The notes under the pieces are model-generated. The model saw only the letters and a program-made list of their open reading frames with translations. It searched no databases and was not told the origin of the DNA. A DNA stretch of 64,000 bases. It comes from Bacteroidota bacterium. Its GTDB lineage: Bacteria; Bacteroidota; Ignavibacteria; SZUA-365. The position numbers and the translations under genes were made by a program. How positions within the stretch are numbered: position 1 is the stretch's first letter; every line of letters starts with the position of its first letter. The DNA lies in the NCBI GenBank assembly GCA_003246455.1, contig QKAF01000079.1, forward strand, positions 399 through 64,398. Reading direction: 5' to 3'. This document shows, in pieces, positions 46,601 to 56,163 of this stretch.

Positions 46601-46931
46601 CGCGGTGAAGTTCACGACGAGCGGCAGCGTGACGATCCAGCTCGACAGGGGCGCGGACACGGAGCCGGTCTTGTCTATCGAGGATACAGGGATCGGAATA
46701 TCCGAAGCCTTCCTCGAAAAGATCTTCGATCCCTACCTGCAGGAGGATATGGGATTCAATCGCATGTACGAGGGGATCGGCCTCGGCATGACGCTGGTCA
46801 AGCTCTATCTCGAGGCTCATGGCGCGCTCATCGGCATTCAGAGCACCAAGGGCGAGGGAACCCGCGTGGAAGTCCGCTTCTCCGCATGGGCGAACCGTGA
46901 CGGACGTCCCGGGTCCGCTGTCGAATCTTAG
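43653..46931 (+). CDS. Hybrid REC-PAS-GAF-PAS-GAF histidine kinase
   Basis: LLLED, LLDLNLPD, YLIKG; ISHEVRTPL; NAVKFT; DTGIG; GIGLG. Alternative GTG start 43647. Confidence 0.9.
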   Translation: MEIVHVLLLEDHEGEARLNQRLLERSYTTEFHFESFRTLQEALSVLGSGNYDVALLDLNLPDSKGIDTFLALQTAAPGLPVVIVSAVADDRLAQDAIRHGAQDYLIKGNITSETLTRCVGYAIARKQALTMGGSISHQIDSADLPLSASFVLDAGERIARAQAQLAQLFDVPDSMTLLRHPFSSFFDVQDRTRLTEALRRVKRGTAETLLLHSAAGKSGSRRLLVVLSGADTAGDAHVQGTVVLAPAGIDENGEGKDIEARYRALVERSQDGVFVLFDGKINFANSAFAEMLGYEVRDLEEKEIGYLVAPEDRDLIMNNYRRRVAGEDVPDRYEFMALHRSGSRIRVQLSVGRIPLRNGIGVMGTLKNINEQYRVSYLMRLQHRLAIDLAHSQKRGEIYDHLLQGVLRIENIDLAAIYVHDPEKGGFHLAAWRGIRGPFPSAGRTDAFSQVHDRVIRETTPLYLTAHALPQDQLGSMLSPSGIRAFGLVPVLHGGLSIAALDVASLTAERIDEPVQSTLESISSFLGGVLARVLAEEARQESELLYRAVVEKSHDAIFIYRNERLVFVNEKTLALTGYAKDELAEMNPWTIVHPDDRKRIQSIATQRISGNNVPMVYEGRILTRDGTIRTGEFAATMIRYEGELASLVTVRDVTSRKSQEDELRRSDALIRAAGFAATRFLRAANWSDSIMEVLERFGNAANVCRVVIFENVSDEQGARIMKQRAVWVRPEMRDSMIDRVPDGYSFDDEPFRRWAAELSAGHPISGIIDNLPNEEQVFLARQNVRSLAVLPVFSGNHWWGIIRFDECRIRRTWLRSELEAMGVSAETLGAAIRRKQDEEELIASREHAVQAEAIKNAFIANISHEVRTPLNIILGYLALVAELSHQSEDDELREFIEAINEASIRLIRTVDSILNISRFQSNDIAINNVPIRLDKLLGECGERFRRPAETKGLAMSFANTAGAIELLGDRHFLTEAIEHLLDNAVKFTTSGSVTIQLDRGADTEPVLSIEDTGIGISEAFLEKIFDPYLQEDMGFNRMYEGIGLGMTLVKLYLEAHGALIGIQSTKGEGTRVEVRFSAWANRDGRPGSAVES

Positions 46932-46996
46932 CATTCAAAATCGTATGTTGTCTTAATCCGGACTGCGCCGAAACAACCAGGTAATGGAGATCCGTA

Positions 46997-47368
46997 ATGT
47001 CTGACGTGAGGAAAAGCATTCTCGTAGTCGAGGACGACGAACAAAGTCAGAAGTATATGCGCATCCTGCTCTCGCGGGAGTTCGCAGTGTTCATCGCCGC
47101 AGGCAGCACGCAGGCCTGGGAAATCCTCGAGGCGGAAAATGTGGCGCTTATCCTCATGGATCTGTCCCTGCGCGACGGAGAGGATGGACTGAAGATCACC
47201 CGGAAGATCCGCGAGAACGGTCCGAATCCCGACGTTCCCATCATCGCCCTCACGGCGCACGCCTTCCCGGAAGACCGCAAGCGAAGCCTCGAAGCCGGAT
47301 GCAACGACTATGTCTCGAAGCCGTTTCAGTGGGTACACCTCAAGAGTGTCATCGACAAGTACCTCTGA
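46997..47368 (+). CDS. Single-domain response regulator (CheY/DivK-like)
   Basis: VVEDD, LMD, IALTAHA, AGCNDYVSKP. Confidence 0.92.
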   Translation: MSDVRKSILVVEDDEQSQKYMRILLSREFAVFIAAGSTQAWEILEAENVALILMDLSLRDGEDGLKITRKIRENGPNPDVPIIALTAHAFPEDRKRSLEAGCNDYVSKPFQWVHLKSVIDKYL

Positions 47369-47392
47369 AATATCCCTCTCCATCACACCTCA

Positions 47393-48187
47393 ATGCGACG
47401 CGTGCACCCACTCACCCGATTCCTGCTTCTTCTTCTACTTCTCAGCGCGGGCACGGCAGCCAGCCTCCGTGCGGATGTGCTGATCGAACCGTCCGTGCTT
47501 TTCCTCAGCGACGGAACCAGAGCGCGAACGTTCTCCGTCGTTTCACGCGAGAAGGGGCCGGTGGTCGTGACGCTCCGTATCCGTACGGGATACGCCGGCA
47601 CTTCGGCTGCGGCGGAAGTGAAGACGGAGCGCTCGGTCGTCGCGTACCTCTCGCTCAGCGACAGCAGCTTTGTGCTCGCGCCGGGAGAAAAACGGACGAT
47701 CACCTGCCAGGCCGCCGTTCCGGCCGCGCTGTCGCAGGGTGAATACTGGGCGCGTATCCTCGTGCACTGGGCACACGGGACTTCCGCCGCGGAAAGCGGG
47801 ACACCCGCGGATGCACCGGCCGGCGTCGTCGGCGTGGTGTATCGGAAGGGTGAAGCGTTCGCCGACGTCAAACTCGTGAGCGCGGGGGGAACGCGGGACG
47901 CCGATGCCGTGCGTTTCTACGTTGATCTCGTACCGCTGGGCAATGCGGCATACCGGGGCAACATGATCGTCGATATCACGGGGAAGAAGAACAAGGTGGT
48001 GTATTCGGCGCGGCAGACTGTCGATGTGTACGACCGTCAGCGGCAGGTATTTGAAATCGACGGCTCCGCCATGCCTCCCGGGATGTACCACGCCGTACTG
48101 CGTTTCAACACCGAGCGCGAGGATCTGGGCAAGGAAGCACTCCCCGTACTTCCGAAGGAGTATAAAATCGATTTCAACATGCCCTGA
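47393..48187 (+). CDS. Exported protein, PapD/FimC chaperone-like Ig fold (tentative)
   Basis: Signal peptide, LAPGEKRTI, GEYW, GNAAYRG. Confidence 0.6.
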   Translation: MRRVHPLTRFLLLLLLLSAGTAASLRADVLIEPSVLFLSDGTRARTFSVVSREKGPVVVTLRIRTGYAGTSAAAEVKTERSVVAYLSLSDSSFVLAPGEKRTITCQAAVPAALSQGEYWARILVHWAHGTSAAESGTPADAPAGVVGVVYRKGEAFADVKLVSAGGTRDADAVRFYVDLVPLGNAAYRGNMIVDITGKKNKVVYSARQTVDVYDRQRQVFEIDGSAMPPGMYHAVLRFNTEREDLGKEALPVLPKEYKIDFNMP

Positions 48188-48236
48188 GCGGGTGTTATAT
48201 TCCCAAGGCGCTATTTTTTTCAATCACGGACGCGAC

Positions 48237-48620
48237 ATGAGTGTGAACAAGCTTCCCAATACCATTGTGGTCATAGAAGATATCGGTTCCATCACCAAGC
48301 TGTTGACGATCATCCTGCGGAAAGCGGGATTCGAGGTGGCCACATTCGATACCGGCGAAGCAGCCTGCGAATGGATGCGGGAAAATGAACCCGCGCTCAT
48401 TCTCTGCGACATCATGCTTCCGGGCATGCATGGGGAGGAAGTGCTTTCGTTCATCCGGACCCTCCCGCACGGAAAGGAACTGCACATCCTCGCGGTGACG
48501 GCGCTCGCGAATCCCGGCGACCGTGAACGTCTTCTCAAGCACGGTTTCACCGATCACATCGCCAAACCCATCAATCCGGGGACCTTCATCTCCCAGATTC
48601 AGGAACACCTCCAGGGCTGA
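48237..48620 (+). CDS. Single-domain response regulator
   Basis: VIED, LCDIMLPG, AVTA, IAKP. Start MSVNK. Confidence 0.9.
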   Translation: MSVNKLPNTIVVIEDIGSITKLLTIILRKAGFEVATFDTGEAACEWMRENEPALILCDIMLPGMHGEEVLSFIRTLPHGKELHILAVTALANPGDRERLLKHGFTDHIAKPINPGTFISQIQEHLQG

Positions 48621-48643
48621 GTTTCGACTCCCTACCGCCCAGG

Positions 48644-50212
48644 TTATTGCGAAAACAGGTTTGTCCAAAGCACGGTATTCGCCGGATACTCCGGCGTCGC
48701 GATGACCGTGCTGATGCAGAAACGGCGCAGCGCCTCTTCGATCGACACGGTGCCGAGCGCGGAATCGCGTTTCCCCGTGAAGGGAAAGTGATCGGGCCCG
48801 CGCTGACATTTCCCGTTGATGTTGACCCGTCCGACATAGCGTGATGCCGTCGTGACGACCCGGGTGAGCTGCTGCGCCGAACTGCCGAAGACGCTGCACT
48901 GCTGTCCGTAGCGCGAATACTTCAGGTACGACAGCGCTTCCGCTTCGTCGGCGAAAGTGAGCACGGGGATGATGGGACCGAACTGCTCTTCTTCGAAAAT
49001 GCGCATGTCCCCGGTGACGCCGGTCAGCAGGGCGGGACGCATCAGCGTGTGCAGGCGCTCGCCGCCGCCGGGATTGCGGATCAGCGCCCCGGCTTCCACC
49101 GCGTTTTCCAGCAGCTCCGACAGCCACGCGGCGTGCTCGAGACTGCTGAGCGGGGTGCAGCGCACCTCCTGCCAGGGCATTCCGGGTTCCGCTCCTTCGA
49201 GCTCGGCAGCAATGCGACCGACCAGCGTTTCGGCGATGTCTTCGTGCGCGAGGATCATTTTGATCGCGGCGCAGCGCTGACCGTTGAATGCGAGCGCTCC
49301 CTTCACGCATTCCTCAACGGTGATGTCCATCGGGGCGTCAGGGAAAACGATCGCGGCGTTTTTTGCCTCGAGCCCGAGCAGCGCGTAGAGACGGTGCGGC
49401 TGCGGATGCAGTGCGATGAGGGAATCGGCGACCTCGCTGCTTCCGATGAAAGCGAAGATATCGATCTGCCCCGAGGCCATGAGCGGCGCAAGCAGCCGTT
49501 CCCCTTCGCCGAAGAGCAGACCGACGGTTCCCGCCGGGAAGTGCGCGGCGAAGAGCGGCAGCAGGTGTGCGTAGAGCAGACCGCCCCGCGGCGGTGCCTT
49601 GATGATGACGCTGTTGCCCATCAGGAGGGCGGGAATGGCGTTCGTGAGCGTTTCGTAAAACGGATAATTGTACGGGCCGACGCAGAGCGCGACTCCGATC
49701 GGCAGCAGGTCCACGCGTCCGATGACCTGCTGCAGCGAGGTGTCGCGCCGTTCGCGCTTGTCGAGAGCGAGTGCGGCGTCCACGGTCTCCAGGGCGTACT
49801 CGAGCGTCCGATCGAACTCGTTGAGCGCTTCGGACCGCACTTTGCCGACTTCCCACATGATATGCAGGGCGATGGTGTCGCGGAGCGGCCGCAGGGCATC
49901 GACGAAGCCGCGCACGCGTTCGGCGCGCTCCTCGAGTGCGAACGACGGCCACTCGCCGTCACCGGCATCGAAAGCCACGAGCGCTGCGTCAAGCGCCTCC
50001 AGCGCCTGCTCTTCGCCGAGGTCGGGCCAGGAACCGAGCTGCGGGAATCGTACGGCGTCGCCGTCGCGTACCGGTATCGGTGAAAAGACCGGCTGCAGCG
50101 CGCCGTCAGTCTCGGTCACGGCGGAACAGAGATACTGGCGGAGTTCGACGGATGGCGGCCTGCTGTCTGCGGGAATGTCGTCGATCGGTATGATATGGGC
50201 GTGAAGTTCCAT
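48644..50212 (-). CDS. gapN: NADP-dependent non-phosphorylating GAPDH-like aldehyde dehydrogenase
   Basis: GPYNYP, FIGSS, LGLEAKN, FNGQRC, EEQFGP, QRGPD.FPFTG.RDSA. Confidence 0.75.
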   Translation of the reverse strand: MELHAHIIPIDDIPADSRPPSVELRQYLCSAVTETDGALQPVFSPIPVRDGDAVRFPQLGSWPDLGEEQALEALDAALVAFDAGDGEWPSFALEERAERVRGFVDALRPLRDTIALHIMWEVGKVRSEALNEFDRTLEYALETVDAALALDKRERRDTSLQQVIGRVDLLPIGVALCVGPYNYPFYETLTNAIPALLMGNSVIIKAPPRGGLLYAHLLPLFAAHFPAGTVGLLFGEGERLLAPLMASGQIDIFAFIGSSEVADSLIALHPQPHRLYALLGLEAKNAAIVFPDAPMDITVEECVKGALAFNGQRCAAIKMILAHEDIAETLVGRIAAELEGAEPGMPWQEVRCTPLSSLEHAAWLSELLENAVEAGALIRNPGGGERLHTLMRPALLTGVTGDMRIFEEEQFGPIIPVLTFADEAEALSYLKYSRYGQQCSVFGSSAQQLTRVVTTASRYVGRVNINGKCQRGPDHFPFTGKRDSALGTVSIEEALRRFCISTVIATPEYPANTVLWTNLFSQ

Positions 50213-50358
50213 GCGCGGTGCTCTCTGCTGCGGACGTGGATGTGCGGTGCAATTCACCACAACCCCCAAAATACGGATTTCATCGCAGATGCCCGTCTCC
50301 GGGATGGAGCTTCCGGCAATACCCTCGCGCCCGTCATTCCCCTTTCCTATATTACGGG

Positions 50359-51159
50359 ATGGACTCCTGGACCTTTACGCCCATCGGAACGGTCGCCTCG
50401 CCGCGTCTGCATCGCTACGACGTCCCTCGCCAGGGGACGCTTGACGACACGCCTTCGGTGCGCGTGGTGCTGGAACCCGGGCACAACTTCGAGCAGGCGC
50501 TGGACGATCTGGAAGGATTCGAGCGCATCTGGCTCGTGTATGTGTTCCACCTGAACGACGGGTGGAAACCGCGCGTGCACGTGCCGCGCCATCGCGACGA
50601 CAAGGTCGGCGTCTTTGCGACCCGCGCGCCGTACCGGCCGAACCCGATCGGCATCAGCTGCGTGCGGCTGCTGGGAATCCATGGGCGAACGCTGCATGTC
50701 GCCGAGTGCGATCTGCTGGACGGAACGCCAATACTGGACATCAAACCGTACCTGCCGTATGCCGACAGCTTCCCCGACGCGGCAACGGGATGGGTCCCCT
50801 CCGGCGAAGCGCTTTTCGACGTGGGCTGTACGCCCTCGGCCGACGCGCAGCTGACGTGGCTGCGTGGGCATGGCGTCGACCTGTTTCCATTCGTGCGCAC
50901 GCAGCTCGAAGCCGCGCCGCGCCAGGGGGATCGGAAGCGCATCCGCCCCGCGCACGATGCCGAGGGCGCGTACGTGCTCGCCTATCGTACCTGGCGTGTG
51001 CAGTACCGCATCGACGATGCGGCGGGAACCATTTCCATCGAGAAAATATTCAGCGGGTATACCGCCGACGATCTTGCCGCGGCGGAAGATCGCTACGAGG
51101 ACAAGGAATTACATCGCCAGTTCCATAACACGGAGAACTTCCCATGGCCAGAAAAATAA
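50359..51159 (+). CDS. tsaA: tRNA t6A37 N6-methyltransferase TrmO
   Basis: GVFATRAPYRPNPIG, DLLDGTPILDIKPY. Confidence 0.9.
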   Translation: MDSWTFTPIGTVASPRLHRYDVPRQGTLDDTPSVRVVLEPGHNFEQALDDLEGFERIWLVYVFHLNDGWKPRVHVPRHRDDKVGVFATRAPYRPNPIGISCVRLLGIHGRTLHVAECDLLDGTPILDIKPYLPYADSFPDAATGWVPSGEALFDVGCTPSADAQLTWLRGHGVDLFPFVRTQLEAAPRQGDRKRIRPAHDAEGAYVLAYRTWRVQYRIDDAAGTISIEKIFSGYTADDLAAAEDRYEDKELHRQFHNTENFPWPEK

Positions 51160-51851
51160 ATCCGTTCAACGAAGATACCCTGCCGCCGTTCGCCGGTTTT
51201 CCGAAGGATACGCTGAAGTTTCTCCGGGAGCTGAAGCGCAACAACAATCGTGAATGGTTCGCGGAAAACAAGGCACGATACGAACAGAACGTGAAGGAGC
51301 CGATGCAGATGCTTCTCGGAAGCCTTGCGGCCCGGCTGCAGGCCGTCGACCCCGAGATCGTGCTCGAACCGAAGAAGGCGATGTACCGGATCTACCGCGA
51401 CGTGCGTTTCAGCGCGGATAAATCCCCGTACAAGGTGTGGATCGCCGCGGCGTTCACCTACCGCGGCTTCGACCGCAAAAACGACGCCGCGTTTTACTTC
51501 CATATCACTCCCGAGGAACTCGGCATCGGCGGAGGATTGTACTCGCCGCAGGGAGATCAGCTGAAGAATCTGCGCAAGGCGATCGACGCGGACGCCGCTT
51601 CGCTGCGCGCCATTCTGAAGGAAAGGAAATTCAAAACCCATTTCGGCGAGCTGACCGGAGAAGAGCTGTCCCGCGTCCCCCAGGGCTACGACAGGGAGCA
51701 CCCCGACGCCGACCTGATGAAGAAGAAGCAGTTCCTCTGCTGGCAGACGCAGCCGGCGACGGTGATCACCGATGCCGCACTTGTCGATCTGCTGGTGAAA
51801 AGCTTCACCGCCATGGCGCCGTTCGTGCGCTGGCTGGCCGATCACTCCTGA
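51144..51851 (+). CDS. DUF2461 family protein
   Basis: NNNREWF, RIYRDVRFSADKSPYK, P.GY...HP. Confidence 0.9.
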   Translation: MARKINPFNEDTLPPFAGFPKDTLKFLRELKRNNNREWFAENKARYEQNVKEPMQMLLGSLAARLQAVDPEIVLEPKKAMYRIYRDVRFSADKSPYKVWIAAAFTYRGFDRKNDAAFYFHITPEELGIGGGLYSPQGDQLKNLRKAIDADAASLRAILKERKFKTHFGELTGEELSRVPQGYDREHPDADLMKKKQFLCWQTQPATVITDAALVDLLVKSFTAMAPFVRWLADHS

Positions 51852-53062
51852 ACGGAGGGTGCGATCGAGGTGAGCACGTAGAGCGGGATTTCCGTCGGAC
51901 ATCCCAGCCGGTAGGGGAACCAGTGTCCCGCGCCGGCGGATACGTAGAGTTTCGAACCGTTCTTCTCGTATTCTCCCCACATGTACCGCTCGGGGTTGGC
52001 GGCATACAGCAGGCTGCGTCCATTGAAGCCTATCTGCCCTCCGTGCGTGTGTCCCGACAGCGTGAGCGGAATGCCGGCCTCCGCCGCGGCGTCGAAGCCG
52101 TTGGGGCGGTGGCACATGAGTATGGAAAACGCATCCATCGGCGCATCCCGCATGGTGCGGTCGATGGCACGTTCGTAGAACCCCTCGGGCAGTCCGAAAT
52201 TCGATCGCGGATCGTCGACGCCGCCGATGTACAGCGGCGTCCCGTCGATGTCGACGGTTTCCCCCCCGTTGATGAACAGGGGAATGGGACCCTTTTCGTA
52301 TGCGCGGACGATCGCCTTGATGCCGCGGAAATACTCGTGATTGCCGATCGATGCGAAACTGCCGTAGCGGGCCGGGATATTTCCCGCGAGGCGCAGGGCG
52401 TCGAGATACGTGTCCGCGTCATCCGAGAAATCGCCGGTCAGGAGCACGATGTCGGGCCGCTGCGCCGCCGACAGTTCGACCATGCGCTCGACATCGTCGA
52501 AGCCGATGATGAGTCCGAGGTGCAGGTCGGTGATCTGGAGGATGCGCAGTCCTTCGAGCCCCGCGGGCAGATCGGGGAAATGCAGGGGGACGATCGGCAT
52601 GCGGGGTTCGCTGTAGGCGGTGGCCAGTCCGGTGCCCCCGGCCGTTACCGCCAGCACGGGAAAGACCGCGGCGGATGTGGTCAGCAGCTTGCGGCGGCCG
52701 GGATCGGGCAGCGCGTCCTCTCCCCGACGCGCATTGCGCCTGCGGAGCAGCAGTCCGATCAGACGGTCGACAATGTGGAACACCCCCGACAGCGGGAGGG
52801 AAATCATCAGCGCCAGTCCCAGCACGAGTATGCCGGCCGTCAGCGACGCGCCGACCGTCACCAGGACATCGACTTCGAGCGCGATGCCGGAGGCCCAGAG
52901 CGTCAGTCCGGCGATGCCGGCCAGGGGTATGCCGTAGGACAGCTGCCGGACCCTCCGGTATTGCCACCAGTCGCGGTGGAGTTTTTTCAGCAGAAAGATC
53001 TCGAATCCGCTGAGAATGGCGATGGTCACCATGCTGAAAATGACAGGGAAATACACTCTCAT
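51842..53062 (-). CDS. Membrane-anchored metallophosphoesterase (YkuE-like)
   Basis: TDLH, TGD, GNHE, CHRP, SGHTHGGQ. Confidence 0.9.
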   Translation of the reverse strand: MRVYFPVIFSMVTIAILSGFEIFLLKKLHRDWWQYRRVRQLSYGIPLAGIAGLTLWASGIALEVDVLVTVGASLTAGILVLGLALMISLPLSGVFHIVDRLIGLLLRRRNARRGEDALPDPGRRKLLTTSAAVFPVLAVTAGGTGLATAYSEPRMPIVPLHFPDLPAGLEGLRILQITDLHLGLIIGFDDVERMVELSAAQRPDIVLLTGDFSDDADTYLDALRLAGNIPARYGSFASIGNHEYFRGIKAIVRAYEKGPIPLFINGGETVDIDGTPLYIGGVDDPRSNFGLPEGFYERAIDRTMRDAPMDAFSILMCHRPNGFDAAAEAGIPLTLSGHTHGGQIGFNGRSLLYAANPERYMWGEYEKNGSKLYVSAGAGHWFPYRLGCPTEIPLYVLTSIAPSVQE

Positions 53063-53265
53063 GGGAACAGCCCTTTCGTTGCCATGGTATATTCGGAATC
53101 TGCGGCCTGTGAAACAATGGAACAATGCATGCACCAGCCGCGGCAATGCGGCGCTGGATCACCGCAAAGAGGGTTTTTCGTCCTCTGTTCTTGATTGGGA
53201 CATCCCTGTTTGCTACCATTGTATTCAGCCGAGTAGTCCTTACCCATAGCCAAACGAGTTTACTT

Positions 53266-54282
53266 ATGAAACCATTCCTCACCGCTTTTGCCCTCTTTGT
53301 CCTGGCTGTGATTCTCTCCTCTGAAATCGCATCGGCACAGAAACCCTTCGTGTACGCCGCCCTGACGGACGAAGGAAATATCGCCGTGGTCGATCCCGGG
53401 AGCAGCCGCCTGGTGCAGCGCATCCAGGTCGGGCGTGATCCGATGGATGTCGTGCTGAATGCCGATCTGTCGAGGCTCTACGTCAGCAACACCGGCGACA
53501 TCACGGTTTCTATCGTCGATCTGGCGGAGGCGAAGGAAGTGCAGGTCCTGCGTCTGCCCGTCAATCGCCGCGGCATCAACGCCGGCGTCATGATCCGGAA
53601 CTGGGAAGGGACGCGCATCTATGTCGCGGAACGCGCGGACGATCCTTCGCGTGAGCTTCGGGTTTACGTGATCGATACGCAGAAGGAGAATGTCGTTGCA
53701 CAGTTCGATGCGGGAAAGAACATCAGCGCCATGGCGGTATCGAACGACGGCACAAAGCTCTTCGTCGTCAACAAGGGTGAGGGAATTCGTGTCTTCACGA
53801 CCGAAGACAACAAGCAGGCGGGCAGCGTCAAGCTGATCCCGGGAAATGAAAACACGGTGTGGGGAATGGCGTGCAGCCCGACCGCGTCGGTCGCCTACAT
53901 CAGCTACGGATCCGCCAACAAGATCCAGGTCATCAACACGGACAACAATCAGCAGACGGCGGTGATCGAAGTGCCGAAGTATCATACCGGCATCCAGAAG
54001 CGCATCGTCTTCAGTCCTGACGGAAAGTACGCCTTCGTGATCAACCACAAGGATACCTTCAAGGAGATCGACGGCATCAACGTGATCGACGCATCGAAGA
54101 ATGAAATCACGAAAATCTTCAACTCCGGTGTGGTGCTCAACGGGATCGCCGTCAACCACAACAACAAGGTCGTCTACATCGCTTCCAACGATCTGAAATG
54201 GTACAACATGCTGACGCTCGAGCATATCCGTTCCATTTCTCTCCGTACCAAGATCGGCGGCATCGTCGTCGTCGAGCGCTGA
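53266..54282 (+). CDS. Secreted YVTN/YncE-family beta-propeller
   Basis: Signal peptide, LYVSN..VSIVD repeats, FSPDGKYAFV. Confidence 0.85.
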   Translation: MKPFLTAFALFVLAVILSSEIASAQKPFVYAALTDEGNIAVVDPGSSRLVQRIQVGRDPMDVVLNADLSRLYVSNTGDITVSIVDLAEAKEVQVLRLPVNRRGINAGVMIRNWEGTRIYVAERADDPSRELRVYVIDTQKENVVAQFDAGKNISAMAVSNDGTKLFVVNKGEGIRVFTTEDNKQAGSVKLIPGNENTVWGMACSPTASVAYISYGSANKIQVINTDNNQQTAVIEVPKYHTGIQKRIVFSPDGKYAFVINHKDTFKEIDGINVIDASKNEITKIFNSGVVLNGIAVNHNNKVVYIASNDLKWYNMLTLEHIRSISLRTKIGGIVVVER

Positions 54283-54354
54283 CGGCCGTTCCGGCCGCCC
54301 GTCCGTGAGATTCGGACGCGCCGCCGCTGCCTGTACGCTGCCCTGCGCGGCATC

Positions 54355-54390
54355 GAAAGCGTCCCCGGAAAGGGACGCTTTCTTTTTTTT
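54355..54390 (+). terminator. Intrinsic terminator
   Basis: GAAAGCGTCCC-N6-GGGACGCTTTC then T-tract. Confidence 0.8.
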
Positions 54391-54479
54391 GCGGAAACAG
54401 GGCGCAGGGGCAAATTATGGAACTGAAATCGGATGCGGCGCTGTTAGTGTATCATTCAACGATATCCGGGAGTGCAGTC

Positions 54480-55127
54480 ATGAAAATGTATGTTTCCAAC
54501 AGGCGCGAAACGCCGCGCATGTTCGAGAACGGCTTCTTGGAATTTTTCTCGCGGGTGCACTGGAGCGTGCCGCTCCTGTTTTTCGTTCCCATCGTCACAG
54601 CGTTTCTCATTCTCGCGTTCCAGCGCTACGGCATGCAGGCGAGGACCGCGGTCGTACTGTACTTCAGCGGACTCGTGTTCTGGAGTCTCGCGGAGTACGT
54701 GCTGCATCGATTCGTGTTCCATTACCGTCCGAGGAGCGAATGGGGCCAGCGCTTCCACTGGATGTTTCACGGGGTGCATCACGACTATCCGAGCGATCCG
54801 CTGCGCCTGGTGATGGTGCCGTCCGTCAGCCTTCCGCTGGCCGGGCTGTTCTACCTGCTGTTCGCCGCCGTCATGGGCGTTGCCTATGCCGCGCCTTTCA
54901 CCGCGGGCTTCCTGACGGGCTATCTCTTCTATGACATGACCCATTACGCGGTGCACCATTTCCCGATCAAGGGACGCGTCTTCGGGAGACTGCGTGAACT
55001 GCACATGCGCCACCATTTCCAGGACCCCGAACACGGGTTCGGCGTCAGTTCCCCGTTCTGGGACGTGATTTTCCGAACGGAGCTGCAGCAGGCGAAATCG
55101 AAGGTCGCCGATACTTCCGAGCTGTGA
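54480..55127 (+). CDS. Fatty acid hydroxylase / sterol desaturase family (FA2H/Scs7-like)
   Basis: His boxes HRFVFH, HGVHH, HYAVHH, HMRHH; RLVMVP, FGVSSPFWD. Confidence 0.9.
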   Translation: MKMYVSNRRETPRMFENGFLEFFSRVHWSVPLLFFVPIVTAFLILAFQRYGMQARTAVVLYFSGLVFWSLAEYVLHRFVFHYRPRSEWGQRFHWMFHGVHHDYPSDPLRLVMVPSVSLPLAGLFYLLFAAVMGVAYAAPFTAGFLTGYLFYDMTHYAVHHFPIKGRVFGRLRELHMRHHFQDPEHGFGVSSPFWDVIFRTELQQAKSKVADTSEL

Positions 55128-55178
55128 TGACCGGCTGCAGCCGGGGTTCCCGTCTCTGCCGCCCGGCATATCGCTCAT

Positions 55179-55209
55179 AAAAAAGTCCGCGCGAGGCGGA
55201 CTTTTTTTA
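55179..55209. terminator. Bidirectional intrinsic terminator
   Basis: AAAAAAGTCCGC-N5-GCGGACTTTTTTT between convergent genes. Confidence 0.85.
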
Positions 55210-55229
55210 TCATCGATGTCAATGAGAAA

Positions 55230-55967
55230 TCAGGGATGGGCGTACACACCCGCGCGTTCGATATCGGAGGCGGGGCTGTTGGTGAAGCGTCCCCCGAAGC
55301 GGTAGCGCCGCGAATAGTACCCGTCGCTCAGGTGATTGATGGTCACGCCGCGTGAGGTGGAGGAATGGGCGAAGACGCCGCTTCCGAGATAGATGCCGAC
55401 ATGGCCGATACGGTTCGAACGGCGGCTCGTCCCGGTAAAGAAAATGATATCGCCGAATTGAAGGCTGTCAACGCTGAGAATGGGGCTGAACTGTTCGGCC
55501 TGCGCACGGGAGGTGCCGACAAAGTCGCGCCCGAGTGCCTCGGTCATGACCCTGGAGGTGAACGCCGAGCAGTCGATACCGGATTTCGATCGACCCCCGA
55601 AGCGGTAGCGCGTCCCGAGCCAGTCGCTGATGATTTGCATCAGCTGCAGACGCATGAATGGATTGGTGAAGGGGGAGCGGGCGTCGTAGTTCGTCTTGAT
55701 GGGGAGGAGAGAGCTTCCACCGTAAAATGCATCTTCAAAACGGACTGTCTCTGCTTCGAGAACATCGGCGTACCTTGGCAGGTATTCGCGAAGCACAGAA
55801 AGCGCATGTTCTTTTCTTGCAAGTTTCTTCTTCTCTGCCCTGGTCATCTTCGCTTCCTTGCTGCTCCCGGTCGAGAGCGTCGCTCCGGACATCATGGCGG
55901 GCATGGAGGCGAGACCAACGGCGAGCGAAAGCAGGAGGAGTGCTTTCACAAGTTTCTTCTTACTCAT
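55230..55967 (-). CDS. NlpC/P60 (C40) cell-wall peptidase
   Basis: WLGTRYRFGG, GIDCS, GDIIFF, HVGIY, HSS. Confidence 0.92.
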   Translation of the reverse strand: MSKKKLVKALLLLSLAVGLASMPAMMSGATLSTGSSKEAKMTRAEKKKLARKEHALSVLREYLPRYADVLEAETVRFEDAFYGGSSLLPIKTNYDARSPFTNPFMRLQLMQIISDWLGTRYRFGGRSKSGIDCSAFTSRVMTEALGRDFVGTSRAQAEQFSPILSVDSLQFGDIIFFTGTSRRSNRIGHVGIYLGSGVFAHSSTSRGVTINHLSDGYYSRRYRFGGRFTNSPASDIERAGVYAHP

Positions 55968-56163
55968 AGGTCTCCGTTATGGAAATATTCAGTGCGGTCC
56001 CGCCGAGACGAGACGAATAAAAATTTACCACCTTTTTACAATACCGGTCAAGGCCTCGTCGGGGCATGAATCATGGGATGTCTCTTCCGCCGGTCGGGAT
56101 TCACGGGGCTTTCGATTCACCCCGGATCGATGTACTTTGGATCATTCCACCAGAGGAGTGCCC

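Noticed and set aside
54418-54447. ECF-type promoter GGAACT...GTT upstream of the hydroxylase
   Set aside because: Atypical spacing and a single instance; too weak to call.
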